DNA of 64,000 bases, taken from IMG/VR virus record IMGVR_UViG_3300030104_004631, positions 1 to 64,000 of that record; one strand, written 5' to 3'. The first letter of the stretch is position 1. Each line of letters begins with the position of its first letter. The translations under genes were made by a program, and so were the position numbers. This stretch comes from a virus. The notes beneath the pieces were generated by a model, which was not told the DNA's origin, did no database searches, and was given only the letters and a program-made list of their open reading frames with translations. Positions 1-10,300 of this stretch are shown here, one piece after another.

Positions 1-144
1 TTTTTAGACCCTAGGATGTATGCCTGTGCTGATTGTTATGCATCTACATTCGTCTCTCAGGTATTAGATGATCTATATACACTATGGATGGAGTGGAAAG
101 AGAAAAATCCCACAGACAATCCCCAAGTTAATAACCGCCTATAG
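1..144 (+). CDS. Hypothetical protein, 5'-truncated (FLDPRMYACADC...NNRL*)
   Basis: Frame 1 is open from base 1 to TAG at 142-144, 4 nt before the next ATG; not in the ORF track. Confidence 0.6.
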   Translation, partial: FLDPRMYACADCYASTFVSQVLDDLYTLWMEWKEKNPTDNPQVNNRL

Positions 145-148
145 AGAT

Positions 149-319
149 ATGTCCCATAGATTCACAACCAAACTCGAAGAAGATGATTTCGGTGATTTAA
201 TTGTCACGATACCGTATGAAATCTGTGAAGAACTGGGATGGAATCTACAACAAGAATTAGATTATGATATATCAGATGATGGTACTTCATTTACACTGAG
301 GAAAACGAAGGATGAGTGA
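149..319 (+). CDS. Small hypothetical protein, possibly an AbrB/MazE-like swapped-hairpin domain
   Basis: ATG at 149 follows the upstream stop (the track start at 68 overlaps the upstream CDS). Pattern GDLIVTIP..I.EELGW...ELD..I...F.LRK resembles AbrB-type domains. Confidence 0.55.
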   Translation: MSHRFTTKLEEDDFGDLIVTIPYEICEELGWNLQQELDYDISDDGTSFTLRKTKDE

Positions 320-554
320 ACAAACTGTTGAAATTACTGCTCAACAAATTGGAGAGTCGTTAACCAACATTAATCAGTGCCTAAGAGTGCTCGGAGAGCG
401 TCTTAAAGAGGTTGAAAAGCATATGAGTGAATTACCTACCCCCGACAAGACTTATTACAAACCAGAGGGGTATGAGGACTATATGAACTTAGCGGGTAAT
501 TTTACCGAAATCTACAAGAGGTTAGACAAGATAGAAAATGGGATGCAAAACTAA
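312..554 (+). CDS. Hypothetical coiled-coil protein (80 aa)
   Basis: ORF overlaps both neighbours in operon fashion; heptad-like pattern. Confidence 0.7.
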   Translation: MSEQTVEITAQQIGESLTNINQCLRVLGERLKEVEKHMSELPTPDKTYYKPEGYEDYMNLAGNFTEIYKRLDKIENGMQN

Positions 555-3483
555 TCAGTACACAGACATCTGTGGACGAGTACATTGCTATAACTATACG
601 GCACCGAATCCTCCTACCGTAGGATCTTCAGTGGGCGTGACGTTTGAATATACCGAGTACCCACATTCTTTTATACGTGATCCAGGGGCGATCCACAATT
701 ATAACATACCTGATAGAGATAACGATGCTATTATGCATCCGTTTTACCTAACTGAATACCAATCTCCAAACAAACCACCTGGAATTTGTGGGATGGCGAC
801 CAAAACTGACCCTTGTAGTGGAAGTCATAATTATGGTAGAGAAGAATTTGATGAAACTATAATTGGTTTAGACTTTACTCCGAGTATGTTGTCATTCGAC
901 TTCCAATATTCTGATACATGGTTTTCTTATATCTACGATACGTCTGATGATGCAGGACATATTGGTTTAGCAGCATATTGGTTAGAAGATGATGAAGGAG
1001 AAGTTATAACTACCGTACTTCCTTCTGGTACGCCAGGTACGCCTGGTTATGATCCAGGTAGCAGTTCAAGTACTTATTCTGGTAGTACTGCATGTATTCC
1101 TTGCACTAACTTCACGTGTACCCCCGCCAAAACCACATTAAAGTACGAGGGATGTGAAGATTTAACTGGCGACGCAGATTGCCCACACCCTACACTATTT
1201 GCTATTGATACTGACTCACTTAAGATTGCATTTAGTTATGATCAGTTTGCAAGTACAGTACCTAATGGAGTTTTAGACTTTGAACTTAGTTTTGATGGTG
1301 TAACCTATGCTGATGGATGGAATGCAACGACATTAGAAGGTATTGATTATAATTCAAGTCAAAACCCATGGGCAATTGCTGATGCTGGATTCTCTGACTT
1401 TGAAATCTTTGATATTAATGATGGGGCAAACGCAGCAGATTTTAGAGTAAAGTTTAGAATTGAGTCTAGATTCGATGATTCTGCAGCACCACCTACGTCA
1501 AATACAGTAATGCTTGGCACTAAATGGGTATGTACTGAGATATTAAACAATGGAACAGGGTTTACTGTAGGTCAGGTATTTCCATTATCAGCTCAAGTTC
1601 GTCTTGATAGTGGGTCATTGGTAAATATGACAATTAATTTAAAGATTACTGCTGTTGGTGCTACGTCTACTCTTTCTGGTGGTGATGTTACTGATATCAT
1701 GAGAAAGGGTGATAAAATCAATGGACATACAATTACTCGCACTTTTCACACTGAAGTAGGTGAATTTCCGTATCATATTGCATATGTTGACGGATCTGGT
1801 AGTAATTTTACTAAAGATACGCAATATACTTCTGATAGAAACCATGTTATTACCGCAAAAGCGGGTTTTGGTATTGCTGATCGTGCAATTATGGTGGGTT
1901 TATTTGAATTTTTGGATAAATCACTGCAATATGTTACGGGAGACGTTAATCAGAAGGCTCCAGATATCTTTAATACCGTTAGTCCACCAGTTGCATGGAT
2001 TTCTATTAACGAAAATGGCGGAGTTTCTGATATAAACATCTCTGGTGGCGTTTATGCATTCAATCTTTTGAATTTTGACGACTTAAATCCCACTTCACAG
2101 TTGTTGGGATACGCTACTGATGAAAATATTGCGACTACTGGAGGTACTGGAAGCGGATTAACAGTCGATATTGAGGTTGGAGCGATACTTGATGACTCAA
2201 GTAATACAATAGTTGACCGCATTTCTACTGTAAAGGTGAATAATCCTGGTACTGGGTACACTGAAGGTGATTTAATCACTATTTCTGGTGGTGCTGCAAA
2301 AGTTCAGGTCGCAGAAATCACTAATGGAGGAGCAAATTTGGATAAATTGCCAAGTTCTGCTATATTAGAGATTACTAGTCCCGCTGATAGCGGTAATGCT
2401 ATACCAAATACGTCTACAGATGACGGAGAACCAGAATTTATTCTTTCAATGACCCCAAGTAACCTTAAAATGGAAATTGTTACAAAGGATGGTGGTGCTG
2501 ATGTTGAAGTTATCTCGGAAACTGGTGGAAATAATCTTACAGCAGTTGTAAAAGGTACATTTAGTGGTGGATCACTAAGTTCTATAGAAGTTCTTAGACC
2601 AGGAAAGGGGTATACTGTAGCAGAGAGACCGCAATTGCTCATTACTAATCTTTATGAAGAGGAATTAGAGGTTGTTAATAATGATGCACAAAGAAATGAT
2701 TTAATTCCTGAGTTTCAGGGCATCGTAAAATCCTTACCAGAGGGTGATATAAGTGCATCTGCTGCTGATTTACAGGCAATTGACGACTCTTATAGTGAAG
2801 TTCCCTCAGAACGAGAGAATAGGTATAAAAATCCTCCTATGGAGATTAAATTAGACCCTCAAAGAGATCGTATTGAACAACGTAGTCAACGTAAATTGGT
2901 GAAATCACAAACAGATCCATTAAAAACTCTTATTGTGCCAGAATATGATTTGGATTTTCTAGCAGATACTCCAATCGATGAAGAAACGAAACAAGTTGTT
3001 AAAGATATTAAAACAACGGAACAAGAAACCGTATTAAAAAATATTGACGACATTACTCAAGACAGATATCCTGAGTATACTACTTTTAGTGAATCTAAGG
3101 TAGAAACTAATGCGGGAAGTTTTACAGAATTACCACATGCCTCAACCTATACTAAATACCTTATGCGGCAGTACCGCCCTGATCCTCAAAAAGTTCAACA
3201 ATTAACAGTGACTTTAGGTTGTACACCTGTTAATATTGGTAAATCGCATTTTGTATGCAATCAACCAACAGCAACACCAAATACAGATACTGGTGTAATT
3301 AATAATGGAGATGGTACAACTACTCAAGAAGTACATATATTCTCTTTTGGAAATCTTGTGAGAGGACCAGGTTGTCAACCTTGGGAGGCAAGTGGTACAA
3401 TGACTATCTGGCATGACCTTAGTAGGGATGCTAGAACAGTTACAAGAGCAGCAAGAGCATATGGAAACCCATATGATGAATAA
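538..3483 (+). CDS. Virion structural protein (981 aa), Cys-rich termini, probably baseplate hub/tip associated
   Basis: Long ORF directly upstream of PAAR; contains the GxGY beta modules seen in the other baseplate proteins of this window. Confidence 0.7.
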   Translation: MGCKTNQYTDICGRVHCYNYTAPNPPTVGSSVGVTFEYTEYPHSFIRDPGAIHNYNIPDRDNDAIMHPFYLTEYQSPNKPPGICGMATKTDPCSGSHNYGREEFDETIIGLDFTPSMLSFDFQYSDTWFSYIYDTSDDAGHIGLAAYWLEDDEGEVITTVLPSGTPGTPGYDPGSSSSTYSGSTACIPCTNFTCTPAKTTLKYEGCEDLTGDADCPHPTLFAIDTDSLKIAFSYDQFASTVPNGVLDFELSFDGVTYADGWNATTLEGIDYNSSQNPWAIADAGFSDFEIFDINDGANAADFRVKFRIESRFDDSAAPPTSNTVMLGTKWVCTEILNNGTGFTVGQVFPLSAQVRLDSGSLVNMTINLKITAVGATSTLSGGDVTDIMRKGDKINGHTITRTFHTEVGEFPYHIAYVDGSGSNFTKDTQYTSDRNHVITAKAGFGIADRAIMVGLFEFLDKSLQYVTGDVNQKAPDIFNTVSPPVAWISINENGGVSDINISGGVYAFNLLNFDDLNPTSQLLGYATDENIATTGGTGSGLTVDIEVGAILDDSSNTIVDRISTVKVNNPGTGYTEGDLITISGGAAKVQVAEITNGGANLDKLPSSAILEITSPADSGNAIPNTSTDDGEPEFILSMTPSNLKMEIVTKDGGADVEVISETGGNNLTAVVKGTFSGGSLSSIEVLRPGKGYTVAERPQLLITNLYEEELEVVNNDAQRNDLIPEFQGIVKSLPEGDISASAADLQAIDDSYSEVPSERENRYKNPPMEIKLDPQRDRIEQRSQRKLVKSQTDPLKTLIVPEYDLDFLADTPIDEETKQVVKDIKTTEQETVLKNIDDITQDRYPEYTTFSESKVETNAGSFTELPHASTYTKYLMRQYRPDPQKVQQLTVTLGCTPVNIGKSHFVCNQPTATPNTDTGVINNGDGTTTQEVHIFSFGNLVRGPGCQPWEASGTMTIWHDLSRDARTVTRAARAYGNPYDE

Positions 3484-3496
3484 ACAGGAGTAAACA

Positions 3497-4069
3497 ATGC
3501 CAATATCACTAAGTTCAGGATGTGCAGCACTATTCATGGGAAGTTGTAGTGGACACGGAACAGGATCTGGGTCTACTCACCATGCAGGACTAGGAGGAGG
3601 AATTCTTCCTGGTTGTGTAAAACCCCCAAAGGATCCAAAGGTGGTTCCAAAGTCTGTAAAACTTATGGATGCTGTTACAATGTGGCCACCATGCCCACAG
3701 ACTTCCCTAGAGAGTTTAACTAGAAATGTGAGAATCAATAAGATTGCTCCTATTATCGATCAAGATTTATTGATTACACATCCAACCCCAACGGTACATT
3801 CAGTATGCTATACTGGTATTCCTAAAGGGTGTTCACCAGGTTGTACAGGTAATCCTGCTTATTGGTGTACAATTGGTACTAGAGGCGGTCGTGAGTCTGC
3901 TTCAGGACATGCTCGTAAACTATTTGCTACTGTTAAGACAGTTTTTATTAATAGTAGACGTGCAGGTGTATTTGGAGATCCCTTTGGGGATAACAGTGTG
4001 GCATTTCCATGCAATTCAGTAGTAACTGGATGTAGTAAAAACGTTTTTATTGGAACAACAAGGGGTTAA
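3497..4069 (+). CDS. PAAR-like spike tip protein (T4 gp5.4-like) with Cys-rich extensions
   Basis: NVRINKIAP.IDQD..ITH, GH.R......TVFINSRRAGVFGD, C...V..CSKNVFIG match PAAR repeats; lies upstream of gp25; AGGAG RBS. Confidence 0.75.
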   Translation: MPISLSSGCAALFMGSCSGHGTGSGSTHHAGLGGGILPGCVKPPKDPKVVPKSVKLMDAVTMWPPCPQTSLESLTRNVRINKIAPIIDQDLLITHPTPTVHSVCYTGIPKGCSPGCTGNPAYWCTIGTRGGRESASGHARKLFATVKTVFINSRRAGVFGDPFGDNSVAFPCNSVVTGCSKNVFIGTTRG

Positions 4070-4650
4070 TGCAAAAAATTGAAATAAGTGATTGCATTTG
4101 TCAAAGTAGAATAAAAAATCATCATGAAATAAAAGATAAAATTTTATCTGAAATTGATAAATGCACTGATGATGCTTTAAATGTTGATGACTCATACTAT
4201 ACAGATAGTATTTCAAAATTAGATTGGAATAAATCTACTGATCGTGAAAGACCTTGGGTTAATATATTTTTTCCAGAGTTTCGTAACGATATAGAGGAAG
4301 TAATTAATAGTATGTGTTATAATAGAATCGATATGAAATCCATATGGTATCAACAATACTTAGAAGGTGATACACATGGATGGCATATTCATGGTCAACA
4401 CTACACAGGAGTTTATTATTTGGAATTTCCCAAAGGATGCTCTAAAACTGAAATTTGTTCTCCCTTTAATTTAAAGAAAACACAGATTGATGCTAATGAG
4501 GGGGATTTTATAGTATTTCCTGCTCATTACATCCATCGTGGATTACCAAATAAGAAAAATAGAAAAACTATTATTTCTTTTAATTTTGATATAATTACTA
4601 ATGGTGGAGATGCATTGAATTTAAACTTAGTAAACAATGAGGTATTTTAA
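4069..4650 (+). CDS. Putative 2OG-Fe(II) oxygenase
   Basis: HGWHIH..YTGVYYL, EGDFIVFP...IHR and RKTIISFN match the HxH...H...RxS jelly-roll motifs of cyanophage 2OG oxygenases. Confidence 0.8.
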   Translation: MQKIEISDCICQSRIKNHHEIKDKILSEIDKCTDDALNVDDSYYTDSISKLDWNKSTDRERPWVNIFFPEFRNDIEEVINSMCYNRIDMKSIWYQQYLEGDTHGWHIHGQHYTGVYYLEFPKGCSKTEICSPFNLKKTQIDANEGDFIVFPAHYIHRGLPNKKNRKTIISFNFDIITNGGDALNLNLVNNEVF

Positions 4651-4797
4651 ATGGCAATTTATAAACAGTCACTGACTGGCACCAGTATGATTGAGTCAAC
4701 TCCAAAGAAGACTCGACAAGGAAAAGGAAAACACTCAAAGTATTCTGCTAGTAGCAGAAATGGGGCAAAAAAGCGTTATCGTGGACAAGGGCGATAA
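4651..4797 (+). CDS. Small highly basic protein (48 aa, ...KKTRQGKGKHSKYSASSRNGAKKRYRGQGR)
   Basis: ATG immediately after the upstream stop, TAA at 4795-4797; below the ORF-track cut-off; a similar peptide precedes gp25 in T4-like cyanophages. Confidence 0.75.
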   Translation: MAIYKQSLTGTSMIESTPKKTRQGKGKHSKYSASSRNGAKKRYRGQGR

Positions 4798-4800
4798 ATA
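4793..4800 (+). promoter_or_regulatory. T4-type late promoter-like site (GATAAATA)
   Basis: 7/8 match to TATAAATA, 26 nt upstream of the gp25 start. Confidence 0.55.
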
Positions 4801-4826
4801 TAATTGTATAAAGTCCTGATAGGGAG

Positions 4827-5246
4827 ATGTCTTTAAAAAAAATAGGGGGTTCTGACTTAAAAAGATCGAAGAGTTTTAAAGACTTTGCGGTCAATTTTGC
4901 TCGGAATCCTTTTACTGACGATCTTTCTGTCGTAAATAATGATAACTCCATTAAACAAGCGGTCAAAAACATAATTTTGACCTCTCCTGGAGAAAAACCG
5001 TTTCAACCGTTAGTCGGTTCGTCCGTAAACAGACTTTTATTTGAACCGCTGGATGCATTTACTGCAGACACTATTGCGGAAGAAATAAGGACGACAATCA
5101 ATCAATATGAACCAAGAGTAAGACTTACTAATGTAAAAGTTACTCCAGTTTTTGAAGGAAATAAATTAAATGTATCACTTGAATATAAGATAGTTGGTTT
5201 ACCCATTGTTGAAACAATAGAATTTGTTTTACAGAGACCAGAGTAA
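4827..5246 (+). CDS. gp25: Baseplate wedge subunit gp25
   Basis: SIKQAVKNIILTSPGEKPFQP..GS....LFEP, I..YEPRV (GPW/gp25 family); followed by gp6. Confidence 0.95.
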   Translation: MSLKKIGGSDLKRSKSFKDFAVNFARNPFTDDLSVVNNDNSIKQAVKNIILTSPGEKPFQPLVGSSVNRLLFEPLDAFTADTIAEEIRTTINQYEPRVRLTNVKVTPVFEGNKLNVSLEYKIVGLPIVETIEFVLQRPE

Positions 5247-7297
5247 TGCAACCAAATAACCTAACAGCATTAGATTTCGAAGATGTAAAATCTTCAATAA
5301 AGTCGTATTTAAGAACTCGTAATGAGTTTACTGATTATGATTTTGATGGATCATCATTGTCGTATTTAATTGATCTATTAGCATATAACACATATTATAC
5401 TGCTTTTAATGCAAATATGGCATTAAATGAGGTATTTTTGCCTTCTGCTACAGTGCGTGATAATGTTGTTAATATCGCTAAGTTATTAAATTATGTTCCT
5501 AGATCTATTACTGCGTCTAAAGCGTGTATAAAACTGAGTTTAACAACAACTCAAGAAAATGGTTCATATCCAACGTCAGTTACCCTGAAAAAAGGTTCTA
5601 TAGCATCAGGTGGTGCATATCTTTGGAATATTCTAAATGATATGACAGTTAGTGTAAATCAAACTACAGGTGAGGCTATATTTAACAAAGTTACTGTCTA
5701 TGAGGGTTCTTTGGTTACTTTCTCATATATTGTTAATACATTTGGAAAGCAAATGTATAAAATTCCTTCAGAGGATGCTGATATTTCAACATTAGTTGTA
5801 AAAGTAAGACCAAATGAATCATCCACTCAGTATGACCTCTATAGTCGTGCAGAAACCGTTGCTACAGTAACACCTACAACTCGTTCTTATTTCTTGTCTG
5901 AGACCGAGGATATGCGGTATGAGATAAGATTTGGTGATGATAGTGTTGGTAGAGCAGTAAAAGACGGAGAGGTTGTTGATCTTGAGTATTTGGTTACATC
6001 AGGAACTGATGCTAATCAAGTTAGCACTTTTAGTTTTATTGGTCAAATTGTAGATAATAATGATAAAGTGTATCCTACTGCTGGTGTTACCATAGTTACT
6101 ACGCAAAAATCTCAGCAGGGAGATAAAGCAGAGAGTGTTGAATCGATTAAGTATAATGCACCAAGATATTATTCTGCTCAATATAGAGCAGTTACTGCTC
6201 AGGATTATGCAATCATTACTAAAAAGATTTATGATAATGCAGATTCTGTAGTTGCTTATGGTGGAGATGCATTAAATCCTCCTATTTACGGAAAAGTGTT
6301 TGTTGTTATTAAAACAAAAACAGGTTCACAACTTAATGATGCAACTAAGAAGCAAATTGCTGCTAATTTGAGACCATATGCAATGGCATCTATCGATCCT
6401 GTTGTAACTGATCCTGACGATGTATACATTAATACAAAAGTCTTTGCTTTGTATGATACTGGTTGTGGATCAAATCCTTCTGAAATTGAAACTGATATTA
6501 GTAAAGCAATTAGTGATTGGGGAATTCAGACACAAATTAATAATTTTAACTCAACTTTTAGATCACAACAACTTGAGAAGGCAATTACACTTTCCAATAA
6601 GTGTGTTACAGATACATCACTTCAAACAACTATCTTAAAGTATATAAAACCTGATTCAAATCAAACGAACACATATTGCGTCTCTACAGGAGGTAATTTG
6701 TATGATAGTGCTCCTAGTCAAGATGGAACTGGTGGAGCTGGCGGTACTGGAGAGATAATTTGTAAAAAAGAACCTGTAATTCTCTCTGGTACATTTAGAA
6801 CTGCTGATAGACCTGGTGTTGATCAACAGTTTGAGGATGATGGTTATGGAAACTTGAGAACGTTCTACAATACTGGTATTCGTAAAATTTATACCAGTGA
6901 TACTGCAGGAACAGTAAATTATGAAACTGGTCAAGTTTGTTTTGGTCCAGTCAATGTTATTAATGCAGGATCAGGAAATTTCATTGCTGGTGCTGTAACA
7001 ATCACTGATGTTACAACTGGAATTGGTGATGTTACTGACAGTACATTACTACCAACAGATATTCAAATTCCAGTAGTGTTTATTCCTGCCAACAATTCAA
7101 CTATTCCTGCAACAACTCCTGGAACTATTATCAATATAGTTAATCCATCAGTTACAGTTGCTCCTGTTGGAACAGTTGTACCTCCTACAGTCCCACTAAA
7201 TAGTTTGACACCAACCGATTTCAATGTAACACCTGCTGTTCTTGACATCCCAAGTATCACCAACGCTGGTACAATTAACGATTCTAGTTGCTTCTAA
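5246..7297 (+). CDS. gp6: Baseplate wedge subunit gp6
   Basis: LDFEDVK..IK.YL...EFTDYDFDGS.LS.LIDLLAYNTYY, and ESVESIKYNAPR.Y.AQYRAVTAQDY. Confidence 0.95.
   Translation: MQPNNLTALDFEDVKSSIKSYLRTRNEFTDYDFDGSSLSYLIDLLAYNTYYTAFNANMALNEVFLPSATVRDNVVNIAKLLNYVPRSITASKACIKLSLTTTQENGSYPTSVTLKKGSIASGGAYLWNILNDMTVSVNQTTGEAIFNKVTVYEGSLVTFSYIVNTFGKQMYKIPSEDADISTLVVKVRPNESSTQYDLYSRAETVATVTPTTRSYFLSETEDMRYEIRFGDDSVGRAVKDGEVVDLEYLVTSGTDANQVSTFSFIGQIVDNNDKVYPTAGVTIVTTQKSQQGDKAESVESIKYNAPRYYSAQYRAVTAQDYAIITKKIYDNADSVVAYGGDALNPPIYGKVFVVIKTKTGSQLNDATKKQIAANLRPYAMASIDPVVTDPDDVYINTKVFALYDTGCGSNPSEIETDISKAISDWGIQTQINNFNSTFRSQQLEKAITLSNKCVTDTSLQTTILKYIKPDSNQTNTYCVSTGGNLYDSAPSQDGTGGAGGTGEIICKKEPVILSGTFRTADRPGVDQQFEDDGYGNLRTFYNTGIRKIYTSDTAGTVNYETGQVCFGPVNVINAGSGNFIAGAVTITDVTTGIGDVTDSTLLPTDIQIPVVFIPANNSTIPATTPGTIINIVNPSVTVAPVGTVVPPTVPLNSLTPTDFNVTPAVLDIPSITNAGTINDSSCF
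7195..7202 (+). promoter_or_regulatory. Late promoter-like site (ACTAAATA) inside the gp6 3' end
   Basis: Core TAAATA about 100 nt upstream of the gp7 start. Confidence 0.35.
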
Positions 7298-7303
7298 AGT
7301 TAG

Positions 7304-10300
7304 ATGAATATTAATAAAGTTTCTCAGTCGATTGCTTCTCAGTCTCCTGAGTTTCTAAAGACAGACTACCCATTATTCAATAAGTTTATTGAGTACTATT
7401 ATAGGTCTCAAGAGAAAACTGGGATGGGTCAGAATATTATTAATAACTTTTTACAATATCTCGATATTGATAAACTGGATATTAATATTTTGGGTGGTAC
7501 TACAAAGGTAGTAGAAGCAATTACAGCAGAAAGTGATGAAATCGTTGTTGAGAGTGTTGATAGTTTTTTAGATACTAATGGTTCTATTTTAATTGGTGAT
7601 GAGGTAATTTATTATGAGAATACAACGTCCTCTCCAAATATTTCTTTAAGTCCTGGTATTTCTTATGATCAAGTAAAATTAAAGTGGGTTGGTCTTGCTC
7701 AAATCATTGATTCTTATGATGGAACTACGGTTAGATTCCCTCTTACTTCTCAATCTTCCCCAGTTTCACCACCAACAGCACAACATTTAATTGTTAGTTT
7801 ATATGGTGAAGTTTTAATTCCTGGTGTTGATTATACTGTTGATGAAGATAATATTGTCTTTACAACTGCTCCAAGAACAAGACAATTGGGTGATGATAAT
7901 AGTCAATCATACATTACATTTTTAAACGGTTTTATTGAAAATAGTATCATTGCTATTGATGATATTTCTCCAGATTTCGGAGATTCTAAAACTAATTTCT
8001 TTATTCGTAGAAATGGGGCAAAATACGAACCCGTTGCGGATGAATATATTTTAGCAGTTTATGATAATAAACTACTTGAACCAAAAAAAGACTTTTTTAT
8101 TGACTCGGATATCTTCATTTTCAATGAGGCACCGTTAAACGGAAGAACATTATCTCTTTATTCTATTGAAGCACCAATTCCTTCTTTTGGTAGTGGAGTA
8201 ATTGGTTATGCACGTGTTAATAATGATGGAAAATTAACATCGATTGAAATTAATAAAACAGGATCTGGATATGAATACAAATATCCACCTAAAGTTTCTA
8301 TTTCTAGTACAAATGGAGGAAGTGGAGCAGCTGCTTCCGCATTAGTGAATGGTGTTAAGAACTCCATTTTATTGGATGGTGGTAAAGGATATAGTGATAC
8401 TAATCCTCCAACTGTTGTTATTCAAGCACCAACTAGTTCTGGTTCTGTTCAGGCAGAATTAAAAGCAGTTGTTACAAATGGCGAAGTATCTAGTGTAAAC
8501 ATTGAAAATTCTGGAAGTGGGTATACATTTATCCCTAGAGTTTCCTTTAAGCAACCAGGTGGAGCAAAACTTGGTACTGTTACCCTTAGTAATACTAGTG
8601 TTGCAGGAACTATTTCTGTATTGGATGGTGGTCAGGGTTATACTACAGCACCAGAAGTTTATATTGATGAACCACTAGGAGATAATCCTGTAAAAGCACG
8701 ATTGACTGCAGTTTTGACTAATGGTGTAGTTACATCAATTAATATTGTTAGTGCTGGTCAAGGATATCTAACTACTCCTCGTATTGCAATTATTGATCCA
8801 ACGTCTGCTCAAGTTTTAGAGACTGTAGTTGATTCTAATGGTAGAATTACTTCTATTGAACTTTTGAGTGGTGGTTTGGGATATGATGATGTGCCATCGG
8901 TTTATATTGTAGACAGTAGAGAAGATGGTGGAACTGGAGCAGTTGCTACAGCTTCTGTATTTAATGGAAAAATCACCGATATTAATATTAGTAATTTTGG
9001 TACTGGTTACTCACAAACAGAACCACCTTCGGTTATTATTCAAAATCCACCAGAAGCAAAATGTTCTGTAGAAATTGGTTTGAATGAAGTTACAGGATTT
9101 TCTATATCAAAAAAAGGAAGTGGTTATGATAAAGATAAATTTATAGGTTGTGCTAGAGCTGCTAGTGGTATTGTTAATTATGATGAAACTGGAAATGCTG
9201 TATTCTCTAATAATACTACAGCAACTGCTGCAATTGTAGATGCAGAGGTTAAGTGTTTAGATGCACTCTTTGTTAAAAGACTTTTAGACAAATATACTGA
9301 ACAGTTCCTTCCAGACGTTCCTGAACTTGATTATACTAAAATTGATGTAAGAAATGCTATTAAATCTGTAAAAGATTTCTATTCTACAAAGGGAACTTCT
9401 TTTAGTATTGCATATCTCTTTAAACTTCTTTATGGTGAACAAGTAACTGTATCTTATCCTAAAGATCAGATTATTAAACCTTCTAATGCAACTTGGTCTA
9501 TTGATACAATCCTTCGTGCCACTTTAGTAAGTGGAGATCCTACGAATATTAAAGACGGATTATTAACTCAAGATTCGAGTATTGCTGACGCTAATATAGG
9601 AGCAGCTAGTGCTTTAATTGAAAATTACATTTCTATTAAAACATCAGATGTTGAACTGTTTGAACTTGTTCTTTCAGAAGAAACTATTCAAGGAACATTC
9701 GTAGTTCCTTACAAAACAAAACTTGCAGAACCTCTTAATACAACTGATAGTATTATTACTGTAGACTCAACTATTGGTTGGCCAGAAAGAAACGGTGAAT
9801 TTTTAATTGGAGATTCCGAATTAATTCAATATAAAGAAAAATCTCTTAATCAGTTTATCGAATGTACTCGTTCTGTTAATAATATTGTAGAAGATTGGGA
9901 TTCTGCAACTGAAGTTACATCCAATCTTCTTGTTTACATAAACAAGGGAACTACACAAGAAGTAGTTTTAAGTGTTGTTGGTATTGTTGATGCTCAACAA
10001 ACTACTTTAACAGATACTGGTTCATACTATCTAAAGGGCGATAAACTTACTGTATCCAAACTTGGTGGTACTTCTGTTACCCCAGAATTAACAACTTGGT
10101 TGTATAATGTTAAAAAACTCATTGAAGTAGAAAGTATTACTTACGGTGGTGTTGATGATAGGTTTGCTACAGTTACTTGTAAGAACAATCATGGACTTTT
10201 AGTTGGAGATCAGGTAACACTTTATGGTGCAAATCCAATTTTGTTCAATGGAACATTTTTAGTAAAATCTAGAGATACTGCTCTCATTTTCCAATATCAA

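Noticed and set aside
68-148. Track start at 68 for the first ORF
   Set aside because: It overlaps the upstream frame-1 CDS ending at 144; ATG 149 fits better
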